From the IMG/VR virus record IMGVR_UViG_3300046008_000188, positions 1 through 63,272 of that record: a stretch of 63,272 nt of DNA; one strand, given 5' to 3'. Below the pieces are notes generated by a model. The model searched no databases and was not told where the DNA came from. It worked only from the letters and a program-made list of their open reading frames with translations. Below are positions 9,338-18,687 of this stretch, piece after piece (the first letter of the stretch is position 1; every line of letters begins with the position of its first letter). A program made the position numbers and the translations under genes. The stretch is from a virus. Lineage: Duplodnaviria > Caudoviricetes.

Positions 9338-10201
9338 ATGTTTGGGTTTAGCGCATTTGCTGAAGCACCCTTTGCCGATGTAGGTGGTGCATTATCTAGT
9401 ATAATATTTCCGTTAGGTGTAGAAGGTACAGCAGAATTAGGTACAGTAACAACAGTAGCAGAAGCAAATGTTCCTGTAACGGCGGTAACTGCGCAAGCCC
9501 TTTTAAATAGCATACTGGTTAACGCAGCGGCAAACACGACTGTAACAGGGTTAGAGGCAACAGGCTTTGTAGGTAGTGTAGCAACAAACGCCGCGGCAAA
9601 TGTTTCAGTTACAGGACTAGCAGCGACAGGCTTTGTAGGTAGTGTTACTATTACCGCAGCAGGTAATGTGTATGTTACTGGGGTTTATGGTGAAGGCTTT
9701 GTAGGTAATGTAACAGTTACAGGTATAGCAAATGTAACGACTACGGGTGTATTTGGCACAGGTCAAGTAGGGGATGTAACCGTCTCGTTAGGTGCTTCTG
9801 TATTCCCAACTACGGTATTTGCTACAGGGTTTGTTGGCGACGTTACGGTTACAGCGGGAGCCGGGGTATTTCCAACAGGAGTAGTTGGTACAGGGTTTAT
9901 AGGCAATGTTTCAATATCAGGTAAAGCCAACATATTTCCAATAGGCGTATTTGGTACAGGGCAGTTAGGTAATGTAACAACAAGAGCATCGGCAACTACA
10001 ATAGTAACAGGGGTACAAGCCCTAACATACCTAGGTAATGTAACAGTAATAGGTAAGGCTAATGTATACCCAATAGGGGTTGAAGCTATAGGGTATGTAG
10101 GAAGTGCATTAGTTTGGGGCTTAGTAGATGACTCACAAAACCCTAATTGGACTAATATAAATAACATTCAATCGACAACATGGACAGGGATACAAACATG
10201 A
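9338..10201 (+). CDS. Virion protein of about 22-aa Val/Thr/Gly repeats (beta-solenoid-like)
   Basis: About 10 degenerate A.V..TGV..TG.VG.V.V repeats. Confidence 0.7.
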   Translation: MFGFSAFAEAPFADVGGALSSIIFPLGVEGTAELGTVTTVAEANVPVTAVTAQALLNSILVNAAANTTVTGLEATGFVGSVATNAAANVSVTGLAATGFVGSVTITAAGNVYVTGVYGEGFVGNVTVTGIANVTTTGVFGTGQVGDVTVSLGASVFPTTVFATGFVGDVTVTAGAGVFPTGVVGTGFIGNVSISGKANIFPIGVFGTGQLGNVTTRASATTIVTGVQALTYLGNVTVIGKANVYPIGVEAIGYVGSALVWGLVDDSQNPNWTNINNIQSTTWTGIQT

Positions 10202-10338
10202 CAATTACTACACCTAATCAAGAAGATGCGGTAAAATGCGATAAAGAAGCACAAGCTAATGAGGCCCTACAAAAAGAACCGCAAAGCGTTTCAGTGACGG
10301 TTACTGGGTTTTCCTTATTTGCTACTACATTAAAATAG
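10198..10338 (+). CDS. Small hypothetical protein (46 aa)
   Basis: Read manually: MTITTPNQEDAVKC...FATTLK. ATGA overlap with the upstream stop. Confidence 0.45.
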   Translation: MTITTPNQEDAVKCDKEAQANEALQKEPQSVSVTVTGFSLFATTLK

Positions 10339-10349
10339 AGGATTAAACC

Positions 10350-11594
10350 ATGGCAAGCACCTATTCAACGAGTCTAAAGCTCGAACTTATTGGTAACGGC
10401 GACCAGTCGGGTACGTGGGGCACGACCACAAACACAAACTTAGGTACATTACTTGAGCAGGCTATTACTGGTGTTCAGGCTATTACCATGGCCAATGCTG
10501 ACGTTACATTAACTAGTTTAAATGGCGCCTCAGACCAAGCTCGTAATGCAGTGCTTGTAGTTGGTGGTACTAATGCGGCAATCAGAAATGTCATAGCCCC
10601 TGCGGTAAATAAACTATATGTCATAAGAAATAATACAGTTGGCGGCTTTGCTATTGTAATTAAAACAAGTGCCAGTACCGGCGTGTCTATTACTAACGGC
10701 ACAACAGCTTTTGTGTATTGCGACGGCAGTGAGTTTTACGCAGCTATTCCACCAAGTGCTTCTACTAATACAGCAAGTACTTTAGTCCTACGCGACGGGT
10801 CAGGTAATTTTGCAGCGGGTACGATAACTGCTAACTTGACGGGTAATGTTACAGGTAATGCAAGCACTGTCACAACCAATGCTAACTTAACAGGCGCTGT
10901 GACTTCAGTAGGTAATGCTACGTCATTAGGTTCATTTACTTCAGCTAACTTAGCAGCGGCTCTTACAGACGAGACAGGTACAGGCGCAAACGTATTCGCA
11001 AACAGCCCTACTTTAGTTACTCCAGCATTGGGTACCCCGTCTTCAGGAAATTTAGCCAACTGCACATTCCCGACTCTAAACCAAAACACAACGGGAACAG
11101 CAGCTGGGTTATCATCTACATTAGTAGTAGGTAGTGGTGGTACTGGAATAACCTCAGCTGGTACAGCGGGCAACGTGTTAACAAGTAATGGCTCTGCATG
11201 GGTAAGTTCAGCTCCAGGAGCGGCTTTCCCTAGTGGTACAAGAATGTCATTTAATCAAACCGCCGCTCCAACTGGCTGGACTAAAGATACATCATCCGCA
11301 ATAAACGATGCGGTTTTGCGTTTAGTTACAGGTTCGGTTTCAAGTGGTGGCTCAACAGGTTTTAGCTCATGGAATAGCACTACGGCAACAGGGGCGTACA
11401 CTTTAGCAACTGCTGACATTCCTAGCCATACTCACACTGCGGCTGTTGTAACATCTAGTATGGTTAATTCTCAATTTCAGACTGGAACGGCTGGTGCTGG
11501 CGATACAGGTGCGACAGGTGGTGGTGGCTCACATAGCCATTCACTTTCAAACAATATAAAATATTACGATTTTATAATAGCGAGTAAAAACTAA
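10350..11594 (+). CDS. Second (short) tail fibre protein
   Basis: N-terminus MASTYS..LELIG..WG; C-terminal collar/needle region paralogous to 6114..9335. Confidence 0.8.
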   Translation: MASTYSTSLKLELIGNGDQSGTWGTTTNTNLGTLLEQAITGVQAITMANADVTLTSLNGASDQARNAVLVVGGTNAAIRNVIAPAVNKLYVIRNNTVGGFAIVIKTSASTGVSITNGTTAFVYCDGSEFYAAIPPSASTNTASTLVLRDGSGNFAAGTITANLTGNVTGNASTVTTNANLTGAVTSVGNATSLGSFTSANLAAALTDETGTGANVFANSPTLVTPALGTPSSGNLANCTFPTLNQNTTGTAAGLSSTLVVGSGGTGITSAGTAGNVLTSNGSAWVSSAPGAAFPSGTRMSFNQTAAPTGWTKDTSSAINDAVLRLVTGSVSSGGSTGFSSWNSTTATGAYTLATADIPSHTHTAAVVTSSMVNSQFQTGTAGAGDTGATGGGGSHSHSLSNNIKYYDFIIASKN

Positions 11595-11911
11595 TGGCTA
11601 AAGATGCTAAAATTATTTGTCCAATGATGGGCGGAGAACCATGCGTTGAAGATGGCGCGATTCGTAATGGAGAGCTAGTTGCTTGTCGTTTTTGGGTGAC
11701 TGTGCAGGGGATGCACCCTCAAACTGGGGAAGTATCTAACCATAAAGATTGTTCGTTTGCTTGGATGCCTGTATTAATGATTGAAAACAGCAAAGTTAAT
11801 CGCGAAACAGGCGCTGCAGTTGAATCATTTAGAAATGAAATGACAAAATCAAATGACCTAAACACACAGGTTTTACTTGCAAGAACACAACAAAATTTAA
11901 TAGAGGGTTAA
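11594..11911 (+). CDS. Cys-rich small protein following the fibre genes (possible fibre accessory)
   Basis: CP...C...CRFW...C..AW pattern; translationally coupled. Confidence 0.6.
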   Translation: MAKDAKIICPMMGGEPCVEDGAIRNGELVACRFWVTVQGMHPQTGEVSNHKDCSFAWMPVLMIENSKVNRETGAAVESFRNEMTKSNDLNTQVLLARTQQNLIEG

Positions 11912-11914
11912 GAT

Positions 11915-12382
11915 ATGAAACTTACAATTATTCCGTCTGATGGCGCAGTTTATGAAAATAATGTGTGTTATTCTGGTTTGACATGGGAAGGCACTCCTGC
12001 CGATGTCCATGCTTTGCAATGGTTAGATGATGCAGGGTGGATTGAATATAACGATGGAGCGGTTAATGAAGATATTACTGTTTTACCCCAATGGGCTGAT
12101 AACGCTATGGCGGCTTGGACTGTTGCAAATACGCCAGTTCCACCACCGCCACCAACACCGCCAACAGCAGAAGAAAACAAAGCAACGGCAGTTAGTTTAT
12201 TGCAAGCAACAGATTGGACACAAATTCCAAGTGTTAGCGACCCTGCTTTAAGCAATCCATATTTGGCTAATAAATTGGCTTTTGACCAATACCGTAATGC
12301 TATTCGTCAATATGCTGTTTATCCAGTAGCTGGTAATATCAATTGGCCTGCAGAGCCAACTGAAAACTGGGTAAGCGTGTAA
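11915..12382 (+). CDS. Tail fibre assembly chaperone-like protein
   Basis: C-terminal L..TDWTQ..D...YR..IR...WP.EP signature; Pro-rich linker. Confidence 0.65.
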   Translation: MKLTIIPSDGAVYENNVCYSGLTWEGTPADVHALQWLDDAGWIEYNDGAVNEDITVLPQWADNAMAAWTVANTPVPPPPPTPPTAEENKATAVSLLQATDWTQIPSVSDPALSNPYLANKLAFDQYRNAIRQYAVYPVAGNINWPAEPTENWVSV

Positions 12383-12384
12383 AA

Positions 12385-12867
12385 ATGAAAAACCTAGCGT
12401 ACTTATTGCTAGGTCTTTTACTCGGCGGATTTTTAGCCGTGGGAGTATCTTATGCGGACGAAACAACAATTAATTATAAGGGTCAACCTGTCCCCTCTGC
12501 TATGGCTCCTTCAATGTCGGCTTTCAGTCAAGATGTTTGCGGCATTGGTGTCAGTGGTGCTGTTAACGGGGGCGTATTTTCTGTAGCTGGCGGCACGATG
12601 ATTACTGACAATAACTGCGTTCGCTTGCGTTGGGCTAAATTCTTAAGTGACAGTGGTCTAAAGGTTGCGGCAGTGTCTTTGGCTTGTGCAGCTACACATG
12701 AAAACTGGGTGGCTATGGAGATGTCTGGTTCACCTTGTCCTATAGGTGGTGCTATTGGTGATGCAGCTAGAAAGGCTTGGTATGACTTACACCCAAACTG
12801 GTTTGAGGAAATTTACGGTAAAGACTTCGTGCTTATCACTCCTCTGCCTGATTCTTCTAAGGAGTAG
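12385..12867 (+). CDS. Exported Cys-containing protein (signal peptide)
   Basis: Hydrophobic N-terminus ending VSYA|DE; four Cys. Confidence 0.65.
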   Translation: MKNLAYLLLGLLLGGFLAVGVSYADETTINYKGQPVPSAMAPSMSAFSQDVCGIGVSGAVNGGVFSVAGGTMITDNNCVRLRWAKFLSDSGLKVAAVSLACAATHENWVAMEMSGSPCPIGGAIGDAARKAWYDLHPNWFEEIYGKDFVLITPLPDSSKE

Positions 12868-13504
12868 TTATGTTTATGCATATTGTTACGCATCTCAGTG
12901 GGCGGATTATGGTCCTGTTTACTCAAGCCTTAGCGTCGCTCAAGGCACTACTATTCAAGCTTGTCAGCAACTTGCGTGCCAAATTTATCCGGGTATACCA
13001 GAATGTGCGCAACCTGCACCTCCTCAACCTCCTGCGTGCTCAGACAGGGTGGAAAACCAATCCCTTAGTTGTGAACCTAACAACAGCGGTGCAATCAATC
13101 AAAGCCGCACATACGTATGCCAAAGCCAAACTTACACAGTCTTTCTTTCCTCGTCAGGAAGCACAAGTACACAGTCCACCCAACAATCGCCGACCACATC
13201 GAGCGGGACTACGCCGAGTACATCGCAGCCACAAGTACCAAAGGGCAAGACACTTGTTCCGGGGTTTGGGGTAGTGATGAGTCTAGAAATTTTAAACAAG
13301 CCGATGCAAACTCAGCAGATTCAGTTGAACGACGCATTGGCATACCAGCAGGAGTTACCATATGAGCTTGGAAGAAATCAAGGATTCTTACTCGAACTAC
13401 TCAGCGAAAACGCTATTAGTAGTGGTTTTTGGGATATTAGCGCCACTAGGTGGGACAGTCTACGTAGGCATAACGACCTACAACCGAGTTATAGCGGCGA
13501 CTGA
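12782..13504 (+). CDS. Exported Cys-rich protein with Ser/Thr-rich linker
   Basis: Signal-like segment LSLLCLILLRSSYVYA. Start is uncertain (12746, 12761 or 12782). Overlaps both neighbours. Confidence 0.55.
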   Translation: MTYTQTGLRKFTVKTSCLSLLCLILLRSSYVYAYCYASQWADYGPVYSSLSVAQGTTIQACQQLACQIYPGIPECAQPAPPQPPACSDRVENQSLSCEPNNSGAINQSRTYVCQSQTYTVFLSSSGSTSTQSTQQSPTTSSGTTPSTSQPQVPKGKTLVPGFGVVMSLEILNKPMQTQQIQLNDALAYQQELPYELGRNQGFLLELLSENAISSGFWDISATRWDSLRRHNDLQPSYSGD

Positions 13505-13832
13505 AGCCATTGAAGCAGCTAAACCATATGACGACGCTGAGCTAAGAGCAGAAGTAAACGCTTTAAAAGTGCAGTTAGCTGCCCAACAACAATCGGTCAA
13601 TACGGTTAAAGACAGTATGGTTACTACGTCAAACCAGCTTGTATCCATGCAGGAAAAAGTATCCAACGCTATTGGCACTGCCAATGAAGCTAAAGCAATT
13701 ACTAACGGCAACGTGCGGGAAACCGCTGCATCTTTAATGGGTGTGCGCGAAGAAATGAAAGCCACACGCGAAGGCATTGAATCACAACTTAAAGCACTTA
13801 AACGTGCTACTTCTAACCCACTAGGAAATTAA
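13362..13832 (+). CDS. N-terminal TM anchor plus long coiled coil (i-spanin-like topology)
   Basis: LLVVVFGILAPLGGTVYVGI followed by heptads; GGAG upstream of ATG. Confidence 0.6.
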   Translation: MSLEEIKDSYSNYSAKTLLVVVFGILAPLGGTVYVGITTYNRVIAATEAIEAAKPYDDAELRAEVNALKVQLAAQQQSVNTVKDSMVTTSNQLVSMQEKVSNAIGTANEAKAITNGNVRETAASLMGVREEMKATREGIESQLKALKRATSNPLGN

Positions 13833-13834
13833 TT

Positions 13835-14332
13835 ATGTTATCTATTTTATCAGGCTTACTAGGTATTGCTTCTTCTAGCTTACCTAACATTTTAGGGTTC
13901 TTCCAACAAAAGGCTGACCAAAAGCACGAGTTGCAAATGATGATGCAGCAAAAAGAACGTGACCTAGCTATGGCTCAGGCTGGCTTTCAAGCACAAGAAA
14001 AGATTGCCGCAATCGAATACGAAAGCACTTTAGCTGAAACATACACAAGAGAGCGTGAGGCTTTATACTCTCACGATAAAACTATTGTCGAAGGTGCTGG
14101 ACCTTTTATCCGTGGTCTTAATGCAGCCGTACGACCTGTCATCGCTTTTACTTTTGTATTTGAGTTGGTTGCCATCAACTTTATTGGCTTATGGTGGGCA
14201 ATTCGTACTAACGTAGACTTTTTAGTTGCACTACGGGAAGTGTTTGGGTCTGACGAAATGGCTATTTTAAGTTCAATTATTGGCTTCTACTTTGGCTCAC
14301 GTCAATGGGAAAAGCATAATGAAAGTAAGTGA
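13835..14332 (+). CDS. Putative holin (GTA 3TM-holin-like)
   Basis: AVRPVIAF...IIGFYFGSR motifs; directly upstream of the lysozyme gene. Confidence 0.7.
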   Translation: MLSILSGLLGIASSSLPNILGFFQQKADQKHELQMMMQQKERDLAMAQAGFQAQEKIAAIEYESTLAETYTREREALYSHDKTIVEGAGPFIRGLNAAVRPVIAFTFVFELVAINFIGLWWAIRTNVDFLVALREVFGSDEMAILSSIIGFYFGSRQWEKHNESK

Positions 14333-14813
14333 AGAAGGGCTTAAGCTACTAAAGCACCACGAGGGTTTTCGTAAGAAGCCCTATCAGTGCGCAGCTGGAA
14401 TCTGGACGATAGGTTACGGTCATGCTATGTATGCTGAGCAATTAAAGATACCCTCTACACCTGAAGGAATGGCTGCTCGTAAAGCATTTCCATTAAAACC
14501 TGAAGATAATCGTATATGGAGTAAAGAAGAAATTGACGCATTATTGGTTAAGGATGTCGTACGATTTGAGCGAGCAGTTGACCGATACATTCGTGTACCG
14601 CTTAGACAAAATGAATTTAACGCTCTTATATCTGCTGTTTATAATCTTGGTGCTGGCTGGCTGCAAAGAAGTCCCGTTCGTCAAAAGATTAATCGAGGCG
14701 ACAAAGAGGGTGCTATGGAACAGCTTCTCAAGTATAATAAAGGCGGCGGTAAAGAGCTTAAAGGGTTGACTTTACGCCGTAAAGATGAAGTCGCCTTGTT
14801 TAGGAAAGAATAA
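14319..14813 (+). CDS. Endolysin, GH24 phage lysozyme
   Basis: HEG...Y.C.AG.WTIGYGH catalytic motif and GLTLRRKDE C-terminus; start at ATG 14319. Confidence 0.92.
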   Translation: MKVSEEGLKLLKHHEGFRKKPYQCAAGIWTIGYGHAMYAEQLKIPSTPEGMAARKAFPLKPEDNRIWSKEEIDALLVKDVVRFERAVDRYIRVPLRQNEFNALISAVYNLGAGWLQRSPVRQKINRGDKEGAMEQLLKYNKGGGKELKGLTLRRKDEVALFRKE

Positions 14814-14814
14814 C

Positions 14815-16743
14815 ATGCCATTAAAGAAACTAGAATTTAGACCGGGATTGAACCGAGAAGGTACAGACTATGCCAATGAAGGCGGTTGGTACGACGGCGA
14901 CAAGATTCGTTTTCGTTCTGGTTTCCCTGAAAAGATTGGTGGCTGGTCTCGCCTATCAAATAATACTTACTTAGGCGTTGCTCGTTCTTTATGGAATTGG
15001 ATTGACTTAGATGGTTCAAACTACCTAGGCGTGGGCACTAACATTAAGTACTACATTGAGCAAGGTGGTACTTATTACGACATTACTCCTTTTAGTTATA
15101 TTGGAGGAGCAGGTGTTGCTACCTTTGCGGCTACTAACGGGTCAAGCACCCTTACTGTTACTGATGCGGTGTATAACCCTTCAGTAGGTGACTTCGTTGT
15201 ATTTAGTGCTGCCGTATCACTAGGCGGAAACATCACTGCGGCAGTGTTAAACCAAGAATACGAAGTGCTTACAGTTCCTTCTACTACAACCTACACTATA
15301 TCAGCACGAAGTGCTACAACTGGACTACCTGTATTAGCTAATGGGTCAGATGTCGGAAACGGCGGTGCCGGTACTATCGCATCATACGAAGTACCTATTG
15401 GATTAAACGTATTTACAATCGGCACTGGTTGGGGTGCTGGGCCCTGGAGTCGAAGTACTTGGGGTTCTGCATATACATCAGGTATCGCGCAACAGCTTCG
15501 CTTATGGTCTAACGATAACTTTGGTCAAGACCTTGTTATCGCACCTAGAGGTGGTGGTATATATTACTGGAAAGACTCAACGGGAGTTAATACTAGGGCA
15601 GTTTCATTAAATACTCTTTCTACTAATGAAGGGTATGCTGGAACCTATGTACCAAACACAACTAACCAAGTCATAGCATCCGCTATTCAGAAATTTGTTA
15701 TTGCTATGGGTGCCAACTCATATTTGTCAGGCACTCCTAACACTCCGTTTAATCCGATGCTTGTTCGATGGTCAGACCAACTTAACCCATATGAGTGGGT
15801 TCCAGCTATTACAAATCAGGCTGGTGAATTTGCATTAACTAGTGGTTCATTTATTGTAGGCGCTAAGGCCACTCGCCAAGAGATTCTAATCTGGACTGAT
15901 TCAGCGTTATATTCAATGCAGTATCTAGGCGCTCCCTATGTGTGGGGTTTTAATATCTTGATGGATAATATTTCTATCATGTCACCTAACGCAATGATAA
16001 CTGTAAACAACGTAACCTACTGGATGGGTGGGGACAAGTTCTATATGTATTCCGGACGCGTAGAAACTTTACCTTGCGCATTGCGTCAGTATGTCTTTAA
16101 CGACATAAACAAAGACCAAGCATTCCAAGTGTTTGCTGGGGGTAACGAAGGCTACAACGAAGTCTGGTGGTTCTATGTAAGTAACTCAAGCGGTGGTACT
16201 ACGGTTGATAAGTACGTAATCTATAACTATGTTGACCGTGTTTGGTACTATGGCTCTATGGCTCGCAGTGCTTGGCTAGATTCAGGCATTCGTCAGTTTC
16301 CTATGGCAGCAGATTATAACAACCGGATTCTTTATCACGAGTCTTCTGTTGATGATAACGCAGGTGACACTACCCTACCTATCGCAGCTTATGTGCAGTC
16401 TTCTGACTTTGATATTGGCGACGGTCATAACTTTGGCTTTGTATGGCGCATATTACCAGACGTAAACTTTAATGGCTCTAATGTAAATCAACCGTCTGTA
16501 ACCATGACTGTTAAACCCCGTCAAAACTCAGGGTCTCCTTACGGTGCGGCTAATAACCCGTTAGTGCGAAGCTCGGATAACTTTAGTACAGGTCAGGTAT
16601 ACAACGTGCAGGAATTTACAGGTCAGGTATATACTCGCATACGCGGTCGTCAGATGGCATTTAGAATTGAATCGTCAGACCTCGGAGTGTCTTGGCAACT
16701 AGGTATGCCTCGTATTGATATTAGACCAGATGGGCGTAGATAA
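14815..16743 (+). CDS. Tail nozzle/DNA-stabilisation protein (tail tubular protein B / P22 gp10-like beta-propeller)
   Basis: About 640 aa, Trp/Gly-rich beta protein with a VRWSDQ motif; located before the ejection genes. Confidence 0.7.
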   Translation: MPLKKLEFRPGLNREGTDYANEGGWYDGDKIRFRSGFPEKIGGWSRLSNNTYLGVARSLWNWIDLDGSNYLGVGTNIKYYIEQGGTYYDITPFSYIGGAGVATFAATNGSSTLTVTDAVYNPSVGDFVVFSAAVSLGGNITAAVLNQEYEVLTVPSTTTYTISARSATTGLPVLANGSDVGNGGAGTIASYEVPIGLNVFTIGTGWGAGPWSRSTWGSAYTSGIAQQLRLWSNDNFGQDLVIAPRGGGIYYWKDSTGVNTRAVSLNTLSTNEGYAGTYVPNTTNQVIASAIQKFVIAMGANSYLSGTPNTPFNPMLVRWSDQLNPYEWVPAITNQAGEFALTSGSFIVGAKATRQEILIWTDSALYSMQYLGAPYVWGFNILMDNISIMSPNAMITVNNVTYWMGGDKFYMYSGRVETLPCALRQYVFNDINKDQAFQVFAGGNEGYNEVWWFYVSNSSGGTTVDKYVIYNYVDRVWYYGSMARSAWLDSGIRQFPMAADYNNRILYHESSVDDNAGDTTLPIAAYVQSSDFDIGDGHNFGFVWRILPDVNFNGSNVNQPSVTMTVKPRQNSGSPYGAANNPLVRSSDNFSTGQVYNVQEFTGQVYTRIRGRQMAFRIESSDLGVSWQLGMPRIDIRPDGRR

Positions 16744-17054
16744 TGGCGTATAACACCCCTTTAAAAAATACGCAGTTAGTTCCACCAAAAGCACCTAACT
16801 TACCCATTGCGCCAGTTGAGTATAGCCAACAATATATAGACCAACTAACCAATGCATTACGACTTTACTTTGGACAGATTGATAATATCACACAGGGGTT
16901 AACAATACCTGATTCAGGCACGACAGCAAACAGGCCTATAAGTACAACACTTGTTAAATTACAGATAGGGCAATACTATTTTGATACTACCATAGGAAGA
17001 CCTATTTGGTGGAACGGTACTAACTGGATAAACGCCGCTGGAACAATAGTTTAA
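16743..17054 (+). CDS. Small virion protein
   Basis: Translationally coupled; GQYYFDTTIGRPIWWNGTNW module. Confidence 0.6.
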   Translation: MAYNTPLKNTQLVPPKAPNLPIAPVEYSQQYIDQLTNALRLYFGQIDNITQGLTIPDSGTTANRPISTTLVKLQIGQYYFDTTIGRPIWWNGTNWINAAGTIV

Positions 17055-17056
17055 TA

Positions 17057-17085
17057 TTGTATAGGCGCTACATTGATGATATTAT
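17057..17085 (+). promoter_or_regulatory. Possible sigma70 promoter for the ejection-protein genes
   Basis: TTGTAT-N17-TATTAT with TG at the extended -10, in one of the largest intergenic gaps of this arm. Confidence 0.4.
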
Positions 17086-17141
17086 TCACTAAACTATATA
17101 TAGTAGGAATTTACTATGAAACACTATAATCGAGGTGCATT

Positions 17142-18248
17142 ATGGAAGGCATGCTAATAGGCGCCGCAGTTGGCGGTGGTACAGCGTTATTAACTGGCGA
17201 AGATGTCCTTACAGGCGCGTTAATAGGTGCGGGTACGGCAGGTCTTACTTCGGGTGCACAAGGACTTTTAGGCGCAACTAATACAGCTGCACTAGACACA
17301 GCAGTAGATACAGGTGTAGGTGTTGGTACACCCGCAGCAATTGAAGCAGCAGGTACATCTCAATTAGCGGCGCAGCAAGCTATGCTACAACCTACAACAA
17401 CGGCTATTGGGGGTGCTAATCTTACCACTGCTGGGGGTCAAGGGTTTGCTGCAAGTGCAGCTCCACAAGTTCCTGGGTCTACTGGTTTTTGGCAGGGTGC
17501 TAATACCGCTGCAAGTACAGTACCTCAAGCCGCTGTGTCTGACGTTGTATTACCTGGTGCACAACAAGGCATAGCCGCAGCAAAACCCGGCTTAATGGAT
17601 AGGATTAGCACTGGGTATAGTAATCTATCTGATATGGAAAAACTAGGTGTAGGTATCGGCGGTACTGCATTAGTAGGTGCTGCTATGGCCCCTGGTGTGC
17701 AAATGCCTGAAGAAGATGAATACAAAGGCCCTTTAAGCAAGTTTAAGTATGACCCTAACAAGTTTAACGCATCCCGTATAACACCAAACGTATATAGGCC
17801 TGGCTATGCTCAAGGTGGTATTGCTGCACTGGCAGGTGGGGGGTATCCAATGGGTAGACAAGATAACACTCAATTTGCAACTCCAACTCAAATGCCTATG
17901 AGCGCAGAAGTACTTCGTGCAGACTACGAACCAGTTGAAATGGCTATGGGTGGTATCGCTGGATATAGTCTTGGTGGGTATGCTGCGGGGGGTAATCCTC
18001 GTTTACTTAAAGGCCCAGGTGATGGTATGTCTGATGATATCCCTGCTACAATTGCTAATAAACAACCAGCTCGATTGGCAGACGGTGAGTTTGTAGTTCC
18101 CGCTGACGTGGTGTCACATCTAGGTAATGGGTCTACTGATGCAGGTGCTAAACACTTATATAAAATGATGGAAAATGTACGTAGAGCTCGTACGGGTAAA
18201 AAAGCACAAGGTAAACAGATAAAATCAGAGAAGTTCCTACCAGCATAG
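17142..18248 (+). CDS. Internal virion/ejection protein with a C-terminal GPGDG.SD.IPA..L.DGEFVVPADVV domain
   Basis: Hydrophobic Gly/Ala-rich N-terminus and multiple xAxGG motifs; RBS GAGGT. Confidence 0.65.
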   Translation: MEGMLIGAAVGGGTALLTGEDVLTGALIGAGTAGLTSGAQGLLGATNTAALDTAVDTGVGVGTPAAIEAAGTSQLAAQQAMLQPTTTAIGGANLTTAGGQGFAASAAPQVPGSTGFWQGANTAASTVPQAAVSDVVLPGAQQGIAAAKPGLMDRISTGYSNLSDMEKLGVGIGGTALVGAAMAPGVQMPEEDEYKGPLSKFKYDPNKFNASRITPNVYRPGYAQGGIAALAGGGYPMGRQDNTQFATPTQMPMSAEVLRADYEPVEMAMGGIAGYSLGGYAAGGNPRLLKGPGDGMSDDIPATIANKQPARLADGEFVVPADVVSHLGNGSTDAGAKHLYKMMENVRRARTGKKAQGKQIKSEKFLPA

Positions 18249-18255
18249 GATTAAA

Positions 18256-18687
18256 ATGACTTTACAAATTAAGGTGGTCGATACAAACTTCGTCCACCAA
18301 GTATGGCCTCGGGTTGAAGGCTTTATTGCCACTGCTGTAGCTTCAATGGATAATTTTCCTGAGTGGAGCAGAAACTATAACCTAGAGCATATTAGAATGT
18401 ATGTAACTTCTGGTGAATGGTATTTGTTTGTTGCCATAGATGAGACCGGAGATATACATGGGTGTGCAACAGTATCATTAGTTAACTGCCCTTTGCATAG
18501 AGTAGCATTTATTACTTCTACTGGTGGTAAGTTTATAGCAACTAAAGAAGTGTTTGCGCAGCTAAAACGGATACTAAAAGAGTTAGGTGCTACAAAGATA
18601 CAAGGCTATGGCAAGGATTCTATAGTGCGGTTATGGAGGCGGTTTGATTTTGAGCCACGTAACACTCTATTTGAAGTGCTTATATAA
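18256..18687 (+). CDS. GNAT-fold-like protein (copy 1)
   Basis: Size about 140 aa with L..LGATKIQGYG...RLW.R.DF pattern; located among the ejection genes. Confidence 0.55.
   Translation: MTLQIKVVDTNFVHQVWPRVEGFIATAVASMDNFPEWSRNYNLEHIRMYVTSGEWYLFVAIDETGDIHGCATVSLVNCPLHRVAFITSTGGKFIATKEVFAQLKRILKELGATKIQGYGKDSIVRLWRRFDFEPRNTLFEVLI

Noticed and set aside
8916-11540. Diversity-generating retroelement (TR/VR pair) in the fibre genes
   Set aside because: No reverse transcriptase is present, both copies are in coding fibre genes, and the mismatches are mostly synonymous and not adenine-specific.
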